Both the position numbers and the translations under genes were made by a program. The notes under the pieces were generated by a model. It had not been told where the DNA came from and did no database searches. It saw only the letters and a program-made list of their open reading frames with translations. From an uncultured Planctomycetia bacterium (GTDB taxonomy: Bacteria > Omnitrophota > Gorgyraeia > 2-01-FULL-45-10): a stretch of 64,000 bases of DNA. The stretch is from positions 2,647-66,646 of the forward strand of contig CAYGRZ010000004.1 in the NCBI GenBank assembly GCA_964352425.1. The letters are read 5' to 3'. Of the stretch, positions 62,301 through 64,000 are shown piece by piece. The first letter of the stretch is position 1. The number at the start of each line of letters is the position of its first letter.

Positions 62301-64000
62301 ATCTTCTCGAACCCCGTAACCTCGTCGCGGACCGTAATCTTGCGGGTCGTTGGATCAATATACAGGTTCCGCCCGGAACCGTAGCGGACATAGAACCTGT
62401 GGGCCCTCAGGGCATCTACCGCGAACTCTTCCCACATGTCGTCTATTAACGCCGTAAGGTCGGGATATTTTGCCGTAAGCTTCCCTATCTCATCTTTGAC
62501 CCCCGGGCTCTTCAACCACGTTTCCATAAATAACGCCTGCTGCGGGTCGTCGTTGGGTTCCATAAAGGAGCTCCCGTTCTCCATCCATTTTTGCACAAGC
62601 GCATCTATCTCTTTCCGGATACGTATCCTGTCCTCGGAATCCGGGAGCGCGTCACCGGAGATTATGCAGGGCGTGGCAGACCCGAATACCAGCATGAGGT
62701 CCGCCTCATCGAACAGATCGAAATATTTGGTATTGCGCAGCGCCTTGGGCGCCCTGCCGAGCATCTCTCGTAAGTCCCTGTGGAGGAACCAATCCCATTT
62801 ACCATATATGATCGCGCATTTTTCGAATACATCTTCGATGGACGCCTTGTCTGTCACAAGCCGGCCATTCTCAAATATGACCCCCCGCTCTTCGCCGTCG
62901 GGACCGGTCAGTATGAAGCCGATGACACCGCCCTTCAACGTACCGCTCAGGATCTCGCCATAATGTTCATCTATAGCCTGCTGGACAGCGCTCTCTTCAT
63001 GGAGCATGATGATCGACTTCTTGCCCTGCTCTTCAAATTTCATAAGGCCGGCGCCTCCGAGGACGAGCGCCTTGCCGCCTCCTGCTCTCAGCTCTGTGGA
63101 CTCGCCGTCTTTCAGCGCGTTCATGGTCGGGATCTGACCTTCCCTGTAGCCTGTCCTCTTATCTGTGGGAATATTGTTTGCGTCCGCGAATCTCTCGTAT
63201 AGAACGCTTTGTAATTCTGTCAGTTTGATACCTTCCGGCGACAAGCGCATATAGCCTTTAACCGCCGGCGCTGCTGCTGGCGCCTCTTCTTTACGTGTTT
63301 CTTCGACTTTCCTTGCTTCATCCGTTATCCGCACTTCTTCCTTGCGTTTTTCCTCGGTTATCCGCGCCGCTTCCTTACGGGTCTCTTCGGCTTTGCGTGC
63401 CGCTTCGGCTATTTCTGCTTCCTCCGCGGCCTTCTTCGCGGCAGCCGCAGCTATTCGCGCTTCCTCAGCATTGCGCCGTTCCTCGGCTTTCTGCGCTATT
63501 TCTCTGGCTGCCTCTTCTGCCTTCCTTGTCTCTTCAGCTACCCGCTCTGCTTCGATCTTCTGCGCAATGACTTCCCGGGCTCTTTTGATATACGCGGCGA
63601 TACGCTCGGCCTCTTCGGGAGGCCTTTTGCTGATATTGCTAAGGAGGACGCCGAGCGCATGCTCTGCTCTCTCCTTGGTGACATTTTTATCCTCAATCGT
63701 AGCCATGGCAGCCGCGATTATATCCGGGGAAGCAACTTCTGCCGGCGGAGTGATGGCGGCCTTTTCCGTGGTAATCAACAGGGCGTTAGCAAGGTCAGAA
63801 ACTTTATTCATAAAATCTTTATAGCTATTTATTTCGGCGCTCGCTAGATAGTAGTCTTTCCCCTCCTTTATCGACTTTTGTACTATAGGGGCATTAATAA
63901 GATACGACATATTAGCTGCGAGCGATTTTAATAGCTTTATGACTATTTCTCTATCTTCGGCCGGTATCGTTCTAAGCTCTTTAAATTGTAAAGAAAGATT
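35357..64000 (-). CDS. Giant multidomain protein (>9,547 aa, 5'-partial): SecA-like, TM bundle, glucoamylase/Cgs-like GH, TolC-like repeats, GT2 (OpgH/Cgs-like), HExxH, radical SAM, PTS Enzyme I-like
   Basis: A single uninterrupted frame. The 30 codons between 63911 and 64000 (NLSLQFKELRTIPAEDREIVIKLLKSLAAN) contain no stop, so the gene starts beyond the window. Domain motifs are listed in the sub-features. Confidence 0.92.
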   Translation of the reverse strand, partial: NLSLQFKELRTIPAEDREIVIKLLKSLAANMSYLINAPIVQKSIKEGKDYYLASAEINSYKDFMNKVSDLANALLITTEKAAITPPAEVASPDIIAAAMATIEDKNVTKERAEHALGVLLSNISKRPPEEAERIAAYIKRAREVIAQKIEAERVAEETRKAEEAAREIAQKAEERRNAEEARIAAAAAKKAAEEAEIAEAARKAEETRKEAARITEEKRKEEVRITDEARKVEETRKEEAPAAAPAVKGYMRLSPEGIKLTELQSVLYERFADANNIPTDKRTGYREGQIPTMNALKDGESTELRAGGGKALVLGGAGLMKFEEQGKKSIIMLHEESAVQQAIDEHYGEILSGTLKGGVIGFILTGPDGEERGVIFENGRLVTDKASIEDVFEKCAIIYGKWDWFLHRDLREMLGRAPKALRNTKYFDLFDEADLMLVFGSATPCIISGDALPDSEDRIRIRKEIDALVQKWMENGSSFMEPNDDPQQALFMETWLKSPGVKDEIGKLTAKYPDLTALIDDMWEEFAVDALRAHRFYVRYGSGRNLYIDPTTRKITVRDEVTGFEKIGMNFGEGLQQAIEIALKAEKISPETETLAAQNIVQYLTQNEMTDGFAATSGTLEGSRFKAIFGREVRRVEGVKITLKDLGHEGFATRDEKWSASLAKLRDRLANNRPILIKLGDDEEAKDFRDYIEKNLHNELEARGIIINMASGENPEELRRAVAMGGYANVITIATNVLHRAINIGIKGRYLEKGADGKAVLDPEGNPVERTETAADGKQVPVEVPPVGKLAPGLAVLSLDLDKYRALATQTKLRADRGINEGTYECLFSFDESVFKENKETLKSVYDELADAARKARATGSAEDKAYLSGLVGTAWDMIVSAENRNDERRREKEKEIFDLQKRIAHIIDGTSTPEKFKWLVEASLGKDEKGESVYEKVKAGLNPVELETARQVTNEKAVRAVAKFQTGQQKIRKRMGYLSQKLARGIQLAQPPTEFTEFDAVAVEFRAILDGLWRGAADNMAGALKGSVADVKDVPRPGFLSPFLANFIKSIAMITFILGVGIIFSYYGVRPLTDSLITPFTATLNSDLMGAGLSIGAMLIPALVLRLATGLKISALDRTSDHFMAYVQGRGKGGFTGGTVAAIKWIGMMVAQVLAQMGIPASIGALAIAVAHPGIALGGIPIIVLAFGSSLFALISSIMLAMIYNKDFESKAKDIAPGRFGRAVNAFIMALTVSVVVMFLVQFGADEIAASIAAKGAAGASMAVMLGASTMSQKAEADRAKWPVLAGGVLGLAAGIGLVGLLSVVTPTAIMGGMIGLPIAIIGIAMLTMQTLLAVRIGRETEKLGQGFWRQFFMSFIPNSRSVIMYAFTIGGSAYFLFGAMGATLTALGIYLIAATVTVIAACVIYAYNMNIEKRTGREFTQSLSRMLGMAVAISAGITPTLVYPQEEYRLRAEALVAQARGEKLNEAQAAMLKVISKYSPQELDGFKRLRKNVRIIFDALEKSELVVPQAPQVAITKPEAAPHTGVAPPAAAIPSREQLPSEVKTLDTAQIEENGRKAAIKENLRYFKDNIDSSTGLPYNHILLDSSRKSIDSTGKYFNPTDAGVYLNCMMLVASGDAEMEGVTPAEALTRIRKALGSLQELQADKSQNISGLFWWYQFKHGTAVKDEARGVSAVDNGNLCWSLAALIGRFQDDGKNKDIAAAAQKIIDAQKKGWAALYDGNKKTTIGSGLLRAGYKLKTEYHLDRRYNESRIAPLWAILFSDGQVPVKAFTNMELPVTKTPYITREGEEIYAVYTWDGTVFQALLPNAWINESALSPEGYAKANLNTIAIHIDYALNVRGLPALLSTASGLKRGTYPVFGVPAIAETVAVFNNTKDVFTSAGSPHASALTGLVIPRVGSSLINSLKAAYPSVMTPQGWVDVITKEGTKGRTILAFDQGMLVLGLAGSKNSEYVEKYLKSVGKYSLLAEIYGAQKFDFAGVKPENILPEKAAPAPVPTAPVPTAPALSMPKPSVQLPATTIPAPAPSMLDRVKAGIRGIVRQKPDLAAARAAAKEAAEKEFAFMIKASENELNAKRTRAAEELKRKEAESLRLEGEQKELQRSVDSEIESVNSELGLLTTGAVEAQKKVTLGDVYRHGMESARAEATRSNTRIQRILAKKQSKWAQYAPELTLSAGIGSSATGNFVSYGAQLDWVVWDATRDISRVIARQNMEGGELEEYLYCYDLLLNIRKAMDIYKAAGTAEALAKDAYEKNLRALGEAYKQARARPSKAWPIQDLTARKEDAKRLYEVARQARERSLAMIRDLGDYDGADAVAIDTDDMTAVNQALQSELLALKEKAVRSRGKESGGDARALLKAFGIQSSILNEIFADKNSNFRLALHAKFSTTTRDVDATATEKAYSVTTTTPLGVGLTIKFPTTSTAEIQKLNTALSRTDLMEELGARYVNSVRLMKLLSLSRARLEVLQGIEADAAASAKIAKERADKGIISQVDYVKAEMIAVSSRGDAARIAATIENILSALEEMGFDRAAIPAGALNDETIDAIVDKRIDTMSREVVAYLRALSEKIGAEKTWLLFQNTREYADRLKQAADTLEQDMERLKEGQDARARAEQNRRALERITVAGAIQQAHIDEINNKYKIWKTVMVPGMSVSAAPYGTKAKDAMRYSVTLTSQKEGPLPQSVKDAREQFMAEAEGRLTPETRAIPPKDRKVLNFVYDWESKPIGAGLDIRIEGLPSKKKPMVMQRVAFLLMKERELVAAKNELMHREEAAGAALEANTKRIAALRDRIELEQELKKQLESSLEYQQKEGVYAGVAPDEVNVVNRQIKSSEDELLRLQAEGADLAVEIESLQSIAKEISDLKAAGKYDKAEADAAAIMALLRYLEAWEYAVAAARTGEPYDISLTGEYNILEDTWSFGAFTSLIPFFHNVTVGKFKPDVARTKKDQQMAIGGAERVVIGWINGYRADRDEVISATAGLDAAKEHKNKIAKGLADLEASTVSTPAAITGKRAELADASKRVVEAELVLQEVTAALERSGDRIKALEQQTAPRDGESKEIIKFRKYVEAALAKKDAITALDGKAVKEDAIQRSEEVAAAQAAVDKANIDVQSAWWRTFNIDVGPAYEKYGGADNVNKEIEKKEAATLWKINYRAEDAERYGFKAVSEPDIFFRGLRKANLDKEADVWSRKGVEFNKRMEIEQLYAQLAGERGKVASLLVMLNEQESQLRKIEEYNAHNPVLNDTRLDEYKALIDKTKEIKRAAESRIRLLQLSILYDLKEVGDITSITAAGKDEKEGKPADVNQLLAALTKEPEMKLPVDLDAIWADIVKNNPHIRELENRQKAALIEAAMGRWENIWLSLSASRFDKSYDQAAKKFVNKVDLAWSINLNIKLNKFRLFSWFGGGAKAKETANQLKRDIAQALKDLRKQLDDLMKERTGALKELEAAQKAYHDRPKIVAHMRKAYLEGKIGITQLKEQEEWLRRDEMTLADTIAKISAIDMRIEMLFNNLITKEDSEAFEKKKEAEALPAAGMPAEVAEKPAPAADAERLAAVSAELAIARQKVDILKGRMKELDGDAARIKSRIAPDMNLAKALEKGENNLYRKKIENAVSAEARKAVNSDEVSKIMGALGIKEKQAVSVANMLYRYGIAHKLNPADKDFGEFVEDLAYFSDVLKGEMAKIPKLPSFFEDHLKPLSWEDDLSYAKIGLPAYYARRVAFLMAENPGMTRAQARDRIMAKEAREDLENIGLYNRFDADLANKLEPSRQYLAWEDAVTRRLDRAEWAKLSTDERIDAANRSRDIAQLIHGRAVYEQGDALDSGVLGAVAALPIRNDWTGAQLAKNVELMNAIAPFIKGFYNLNEEAVLKMPEGARLMVLKLMGKRETPAYRQELAKVTDTILMGKTMWWTQFASDRDLSASQVERVLTILANVSKTIEPYIHLITGSEEEREGLRLAITIDVLINKNTWVGRFLNSDGLAPADEQKDNIRLLFTKAYPAAKNFKNLAGYSDAVMFGKHMAMARDFVELLGKEVIEESDTTLMDDIIAYRNEVNRLILDKPIAANQAEKELFVAIKIKQKEAAFGAALPEEEKKLIRDRAEEEFADIYRDGYLSSVADPFIVDDNYRRLSGIRKPVPLKDIAVKLNLRELVSDLADKRVVAISRKGTDFEMVRDHEVDKKIKELEKKADRYGVALDPRTVSSYMEAFRKDFYLVHRQGVINSRVDNFYDEGVTDAATIEKRLSAEFIVDALAKHHWRPLNGEEVANWAQVLLNFIYVSPAEKDLPDDEKYKILTGRMADPADLSIWQDNVKQMLAVTGNYTGTVGKAIRDITNVYTLIYFEQNGYIAAVDSIKKRLKQVEGMDDKKTFNDLFIALEKAGVLDGKIQKLRKSVKDPKFIAWEALRGSIEKVAKANDVYQQERFTKEKPAKLRQILSDIKELTDAYRSDPKMRGMAEFNLIRELEELAADLRDNDADIEEFAKEEPLESSFIKADSLLKKFDEVRKKAANARKEELKLRERLRDAVADREKALGEKLRLAEKAASPFAKEWFFPRMRQRIKNIFSPVSTQREEWEGLVKAVYNARLFYSLDTYREKVKDTLATSGAQIMYKKMQALAAKQGKEPADLMKEKMAEAKGELVNAVYLKAISRASGQEIEIGELGFLQAAIRFGNYLQDAKEKYLSQPRFKNLSQPERKETGDWFIRNKIAKYIRFEALIKREEEAMVKNQTDPNGVPRLSYGQITGTFMELDEAGKGEERETARIRRDFYDASLIQEWANNSPLGYYLGQKMLRNTIREMAQSETGVMTQRDKMQRRINIEFQSQRQYYTNLGPSIEEERNDLFNDQDQFSDIDIQRYNEHMEQLKAITETRPGYMRKARAEAIEKLGSFHKQITYMLLKTQDVPGEKIAGDVKSLDSMIFPDIIRNINLKLSERNKEWTIANKQQIDKWIDLREPVKDERQGKISAYKTRTADKALKDQDLAAIREDIEAVLPGINEQLPPEKRIDPADENSIWDIQRQIYLSGMTASDYLTKTFVHPLEVRELLKNIYSKSKLTPPMEKKLKYYVTQIDMDGWPIDYIRVQLLYGIYLKGEMEKLGVTLNEDALEILVSHMIYNGIMPVPMKAPGTDYYEVFGRRADTLTVEDLQGMDLPVSRTIKMVKEMTDKLASEKYTLDKKTREDLFYIIGLSLNTNIIEPPEAEIVDIEADKIQKIVASQFEDGRIELGKFEKDRDSIIREISQKLKARNIHPANFVKLVNRLIEVKEANAAISQSIKDPTMLGRLEKIRIERGDLEILAVLDKDGFDKDKVIGIMELKALGIKTGSPREKLLIQDVKAPMDVTWNDFQNDRLLSLHETLKNYLDDNVFKGKDPLSDVKLSLEAQEKIEGMSRRDREKMTARIKDRIISRGLVKIDYVKEGKGDTAIIRPRAVRAFSADQDARLQKVIRSIIEMELGKIAPEPKHKLIAGLTYMLISILSIMGFYKIALYRHRREIRKNKKILYGPNANVPAPGTAPAAPTPPVAGAKPAAAPKDTSGQAGAVTIEALMGLFRAMVFISKLVLTGLTLYHFNDITHFTVLGTYSSWLFILLAPVLVWWNYFIDKATKPPIRPVIKWAVPLAVFSCIYISGIPGLNYTLMALASGILVYITISAAVDFGRDTLKLAATAITGRGNQRELTHTFFARLAKLAITTAATSVTAIYALSTINADTSLLGIIAVAAVLYTYCNYCMAELFVAIGTLTVANGALFLGNMVGLFKERAPWDLPKYKLVEKTQRIAKKYKAVIYDIGRQEGPLDVKLIAKTLFDSMINSVKMERVGADKAKYLYEDSAGNKFVPDEQDNLGAWMHSDTALKEAGLIMEEIAQILNARRLWGRDKVTYAHRNFQKHVYNPTHMMKPGSYRSDFEWMLECWTHPHLYVTRLDDDRPKITVAEDASGTLRQGILAEPGTYTIDGVTGEAIVYSDTSKTTEVKRFPRGTYTRSPVYDEENEGFELVTDFAVELLKGEYAIERRTIKIDDREWQVSAESEVYYIDADNPARRYRLLKGDIYDDATGKLIATKDMYDELPKSGLLRDRNDSTQRAKGKDGQELPDRVATIYDQHIYLKDKSGAIRHTLILTKDGKLLDAATGAYFASIDEIGHIDQGVAYKKYILGADGKITPAVNEYGGEYLLTRAAEFDGQRPIIPENLETFIDTLDANGVITERGGAFVKTRAKEGEWKRDPETGNAVTITGDVLVPVGWWSADADGNLIVDEGLKALAGSWHVEKATGDAIHTASGRILAKYGTWKKDLKGDLYAGGITKQEAKLYAREGAITDFFELGLGKTGRETTYFIADRAHSLTRDAGGMLIADTSALRLREVEDGYLANEKDGFVIKGGELLQYPMDGSVSRYDKEPLRRWDLAKDGITSVVQDNIILDQKTEALKQSQRLARYGTFAKDNNGIYRTRRLLAQYDDVYFDGYGNAHLKTTDGELAASGEFVLDEDNNLRRIAVDAGDPVINMNGTFGAGEVAVDEKTGDLIVERTLQQKDGFDIDEEGWAIDNGKNRIARVGTYILVKRDAGYVYAKDMLGNEVEPDIYIQLPIEIDNKNEVISGVAKRIGSRAAYDILGKELWGMYQPQIQYPNIGKSLFARLQSWAQSMLSYISLVFFWIFGKGSAVGKMTFYGPKYLNDVIKKQVLPWTVRSHDFWEAMWTATAYLVGTLLAPIYILEETVTSFSSMIIRMRRWVPGDVEALRREWNAAKAMFAYAQGHGIEAMIAAKKQIRESVLGSANVNLESEHHISGIIRGMLSTPVFTIWLVVLGLIATQIPAVLTGTHPVTARDLFAIVMLILIGQKGSPILRETFERGPRSLKTWANVAGGLASVALLVALPKIIIAAPALAVWAAVVVLLIVILRNPVKKLISVGMKWTEIPVKIGMPAGLVAMFWAATPYIELCLRSVPSAAYLTEDLLKHNFGICAYTIIYVGIATLAGMLQHAMARAASGPALFVKDFFGMVNKVYLTTKRLAVETFLHTSIMMMNLIYGPLDLKKSTKAVIQGREFRWDTLTAVEARLEKGMTVWQAYKEFKWAPIAGITLLVLVLVGVFFPSDYFLFRIFDPAFVFKGFPIFILSWVFGPYAAWYTAKYGGTREHRTQPFQFMIHELNAWMKETGTVMGKAALSDGAAIQKIKELTKNETIYNKDRHALRLYILYLTELDLAGTDKQDLRNEVADAMKMMDLSEIELQHKKIKAWTETEWKGAWDQLNEFARVRVLNEIVKRQKGGLLAGQVDAVKLERINRIMEVLEAAGPRRFFEKYWPDLDIAKRQAVVTKSGATGLERLLDLPAPAAAPAAPAALAPSPIAMKAGVLGGRHDLAWATIIDGQVENYKGIDNGMKAALEALLQRVITLHDLSESAREKVEELLEMGSGDAAAIKRKALMKEKSIRIVEGNDRLMHFTEGADSITLDVDSLAANNELLFMEFIHELMHARLRSMPTNAPPLSPMEEEMYITSKEVELFLAFPQKTQDNILSALKNSDDLDDFKFHKVLQYARDYGISRSSTYLEDYIHSLYEPVGNLARRLKDARVDITQDNKALELAMEALKADGIEVRDRLRIPLLRLLRELLLYPYSSSHEVMKKTGLDIGDLKELYKIVKSSQFMQEMLAMESPNATFIKIARLLMEDEDYVRKILNGEPVYPKIVELHLGLKCPSNCIFCYSQGRDYADRQGKPAIDKERLFALIDDFAANGVRDIYFSGGREPFTNKDSVDVVQYAAGKGLNVYIYTEGTFLDTARAQEVVTHAKQIRVSFNAATPETYEAVYRRPGSDVEWIKSNIRGMVEIKRKTKSDVSIGVSFLAMSQNYKELYMAIKLAHLMGADFFDIRADIIGKIGDFSEEEMKGLLKMIFKIRKMQRLGEFGNMRIDIAERFNVLAGGLVKSAKPVKMPRDCWATLTKIVINPWGEVYRCCLTAQPTFEDRIFQIGDLSTGGKRLHDILVGTTRARKDFDIHKCPSCNVYENNVNLLLEKLNNDLDVGVDINEQSFIPAEAVTAAAPLKDRVSRVVERFTKRSKSLSATTKMMLLAGIGTLASIAFGHEISSMNIAAAGMMLGMVTAGQEGAVGAPPEGATAPYISRAVGEDVVGEATGREGIEKAMLDRAREERDVYEVFKETLPDELRGLEPMPVDFVQKCLTEMFTENHVVDPKNKSKLYNEIFELWQLYLLARKTKEAGQTATHVALNDLKRVTSHDVPVTQVLIATPNRIGADKEFVTMVGDRGIERARTLDLIYDGVYIELLQLQKSPAVAEELSAETAAELLGRANAVNLEGAKALSDKAYGLCYEKLRGIHKCATNGVPGGVWNGIILNYVEDSLTLDGLKSGYKVGDRVKHIRTSPADEMTHLISRIRPQVYRVEKDLKTATGEMAEVFKAMIALYDHILENVRVENGSDSAAAQVRKACEMLLKVPVFARPDTKSRIIRVIKAVDEGYVISEDGVEAEQGKYFACHTAAMAEMSPSTTAAQVAERMFRGVSETIKTARHTAHFALWQWLEANYPVDAQGKRSDEGRLAEEIVKNICLKLDIEEVRLEDIDEVAERARQEKREIVVVSAGLIEDELILRALTEKYKVKAFVSSGGSTSQHAALVATARGATLLLGPPKIVLAKLAHTNASCSFYVSEAGFEAYFYAGPATSDQGAAMAVKVARAKALKDYYLSKQSKEPDEVVRTLDGVETPVYANINVGYNLEKGEFGIEDEGALGALRTAYSSGANGNALARTEFMYGRSQAPDAAHQERLYMGLANLANKTVTIRTFDKQDDKACPALPDTERLAGVNGKPYSFDYYRTKTGREALKTQITAILRAQMLSDYHNLRMMFPMVKTMDDIVFISDLLKEIKTEQFMDELAAQHHKMFRSARKEKAEVVRLLDEMPIGIMVEHRDLVMDKAGNLTFENLMLILDNGLVPIRFLSIGSNDMTASVKEKDRSGITAHDYDKQILGIIEGVVKEAAQRGLPVTICGDAARYHKTLMFSLYLQKKYNIFMIPGVIYGMIPELKTVAGQCSAAACGDLLENWQAKTDDEINKIVRNKTQVVVERIENEPEFIAEFTARMGQSTTTTTTPRLVEAGSFILLGIFVYLALPPWMVLAIGAAAAAAYVIWKQLDRMRPAPVTVNERYITDQAVKTALMMESAREPSGEGYVGDLIHRLEETVEMKEPAEGLPLPKPAKVSAAAFIIGLAGASAETVEAVGRAYGTGTRVVSVTGEEELRKMASEGSPARILLDGTMPVSQITSAEFKQDIASIRLARAYDVIFAMAGIDDATRQEIAEAIKAMLPGTEKMDWDNLLDAASMAAAKDPALRQRLHDTVTSIVEKRRDELATKTKAYRPMELPDASSLKSLMARSAVKKFAMATTEKMAMSNIRFGKGMNRAEALGKQAGGEVVNCFIYGDIYKTEEAARSFIAASGYTGNVNDIKLINKKDRSYADIRADVVDAAGLDEKSMGNIGITAEASELGKPTSAGEKVLVAEEIEMNGVKVVPAINSYEALFLMVTGAVAEGQLPPGVTKNGDIYNFMPPILPLNYGTELRAYWDGIALIRSSA
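36900..38500 (-). other. Domain: PEP-utilising enzyme, PTS Enzyme I-like
   Basis: GGSTSQHAA (phospho-His motif), YANI, L.RTEF, IRTFD, MFPMV, GIMVE, SIGSND and ICGD. Confidence 0.85.
40000..41280 (-). other. Domain: radical SAM enzyme with a C-terminal Cys cluster (DesII-like N-terminus)
   Basis: CPSNCIFC, FSGGREP, IRVS and C...I.P.GEVY.CC...CPSC. Confidence 0.85.
42690..46700 (-). other. Domain: processive GT2 glucosyltransferase (OpgH/Cgs-GT84-like) with a large insertion and C-terminal TMs
   Basis: YAHRN..KPG, G.YQPQI, SLFARLQ, GKG...GK, SHDFWEA and EET......RMRRWVPGD, followed by TM helices. Confidence 0.75.
53480..57620 (-). other. Domain: tandem TolC/OEP-like repeats (about six)
   Basis: Long coiled-coil helices alternate with beta-hairpins; OEP-like motifs KGIISQVDYVKAE and YLEGKIGITQLKEQE. 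Confidence 0.65.
58100..59330 (-). other. Domain: glucoamylase/DUF3131 (Cgs middle-domain, GH189/GH144-clan-like)
   Basis: TGLPYNHI, NPTDAG.YL, GLFWWY, VSAVDNGNL, ESR, TWDGTVFQALLP, SPHA and AFDQGM; the order parallels the 688-aa protein at 6633..8699. Confidence 0.75.
61000..63150 (-). other. Domain: SecA-like DEAD motor/PPXD/NBD2 within the giant ORF
   Basis: Collinear SecA-like motifs: ELRAGGGKAL, FDEAD.ML, TP.IISG, DEVTG....FGEGLQQAIE, ETETLA, SGT, RPILI, TIATN..RAINI, GLAVL and Q...RADR...EG...FSFDE. Confidence 0.8.

Noticed and set aside
61000-63150. Calling this the housekeeping secA
   Set aside because: It is an internal domain of a giant ORF, and its motifs are degenerate.
187-63847. 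Numerous plus-strand ORFs (e.g. 6693..8351, 17738..19033, 39836..41254) and short alternate-frame minus ORFs
   Set aside because: They lie antisense to or nested in well-supported minus-strand genes and have no recognisable motifs; they are shadow ORFs of GC-rich coding sequence.
63908-63910. ATG 63910 as the true start of the giant ORF
   Set aside because: The frame stays open to the window edge, and there is no RBS or signal peptide at this ATG.
1-64000. tRNA, rRNA, riboswitch, transposase or prophage genes
   Set aside because: Intergenic spaces are short and I recognised none; a covariance-model search would be needed to exclude small RNAs.

Overview
The window is almost entirely protein-coding, and every credible gene is on the minus strand. 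I saw no rRNA, tRNA, CRISPR array or transposase. In transcription order (right to left) it contains four blocks. (1) A giant ORF of more than 9,500 aa that stays open past the right edge. It chains a SecA-like motor domain, a transmembrane (TM) bundle, a glucoamylase/Cgs-like (alpha/alpha)6 glycosidase, about six TolC/OEP-like repeats, a second TM bundle, an OpgH/Cgs-like GT2 glucosyltransferase with a large beta-repeat insert, an HExxH module, a DesII-like radical SAM domain and a PTS Enzyme I-like domain. (2) A second giant ORF (2,656 aa) with a signal peptide, a TIKI/ChaN-like N-terminal domain, a sugar-nucleotidyltransferase-like domain, an HExxH module and a phosphohexomutase. (3) A ~23 kb carbohydrate cluster that looks dedicated to beta-1,2-glucan. 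It has three glucoamylase/GH144-like hydrolases, a multi-pass membrane protein fused to a GH94 phosphorylase, a family of CBM11-like domains, a sugar ABC importer, a possible outer-membrane barrel, a TPR protein, a two-component system and a ROK regulator. (4) htpX, a MetE-like gene and a stand-alone HypF C-terminal domain. Giant multi-enzyme ORFs like these suggest Omnitrophota (OP3), which is an inference. The leading hypothesis is a trans-envelope beta-1,2-glucan synthesis, processing and export machine encoded as one polypeptide with a single-chain TolC channel, next to a recycling/uptake cluster. All domain calls come from motif recognition by eye; no searches were run.
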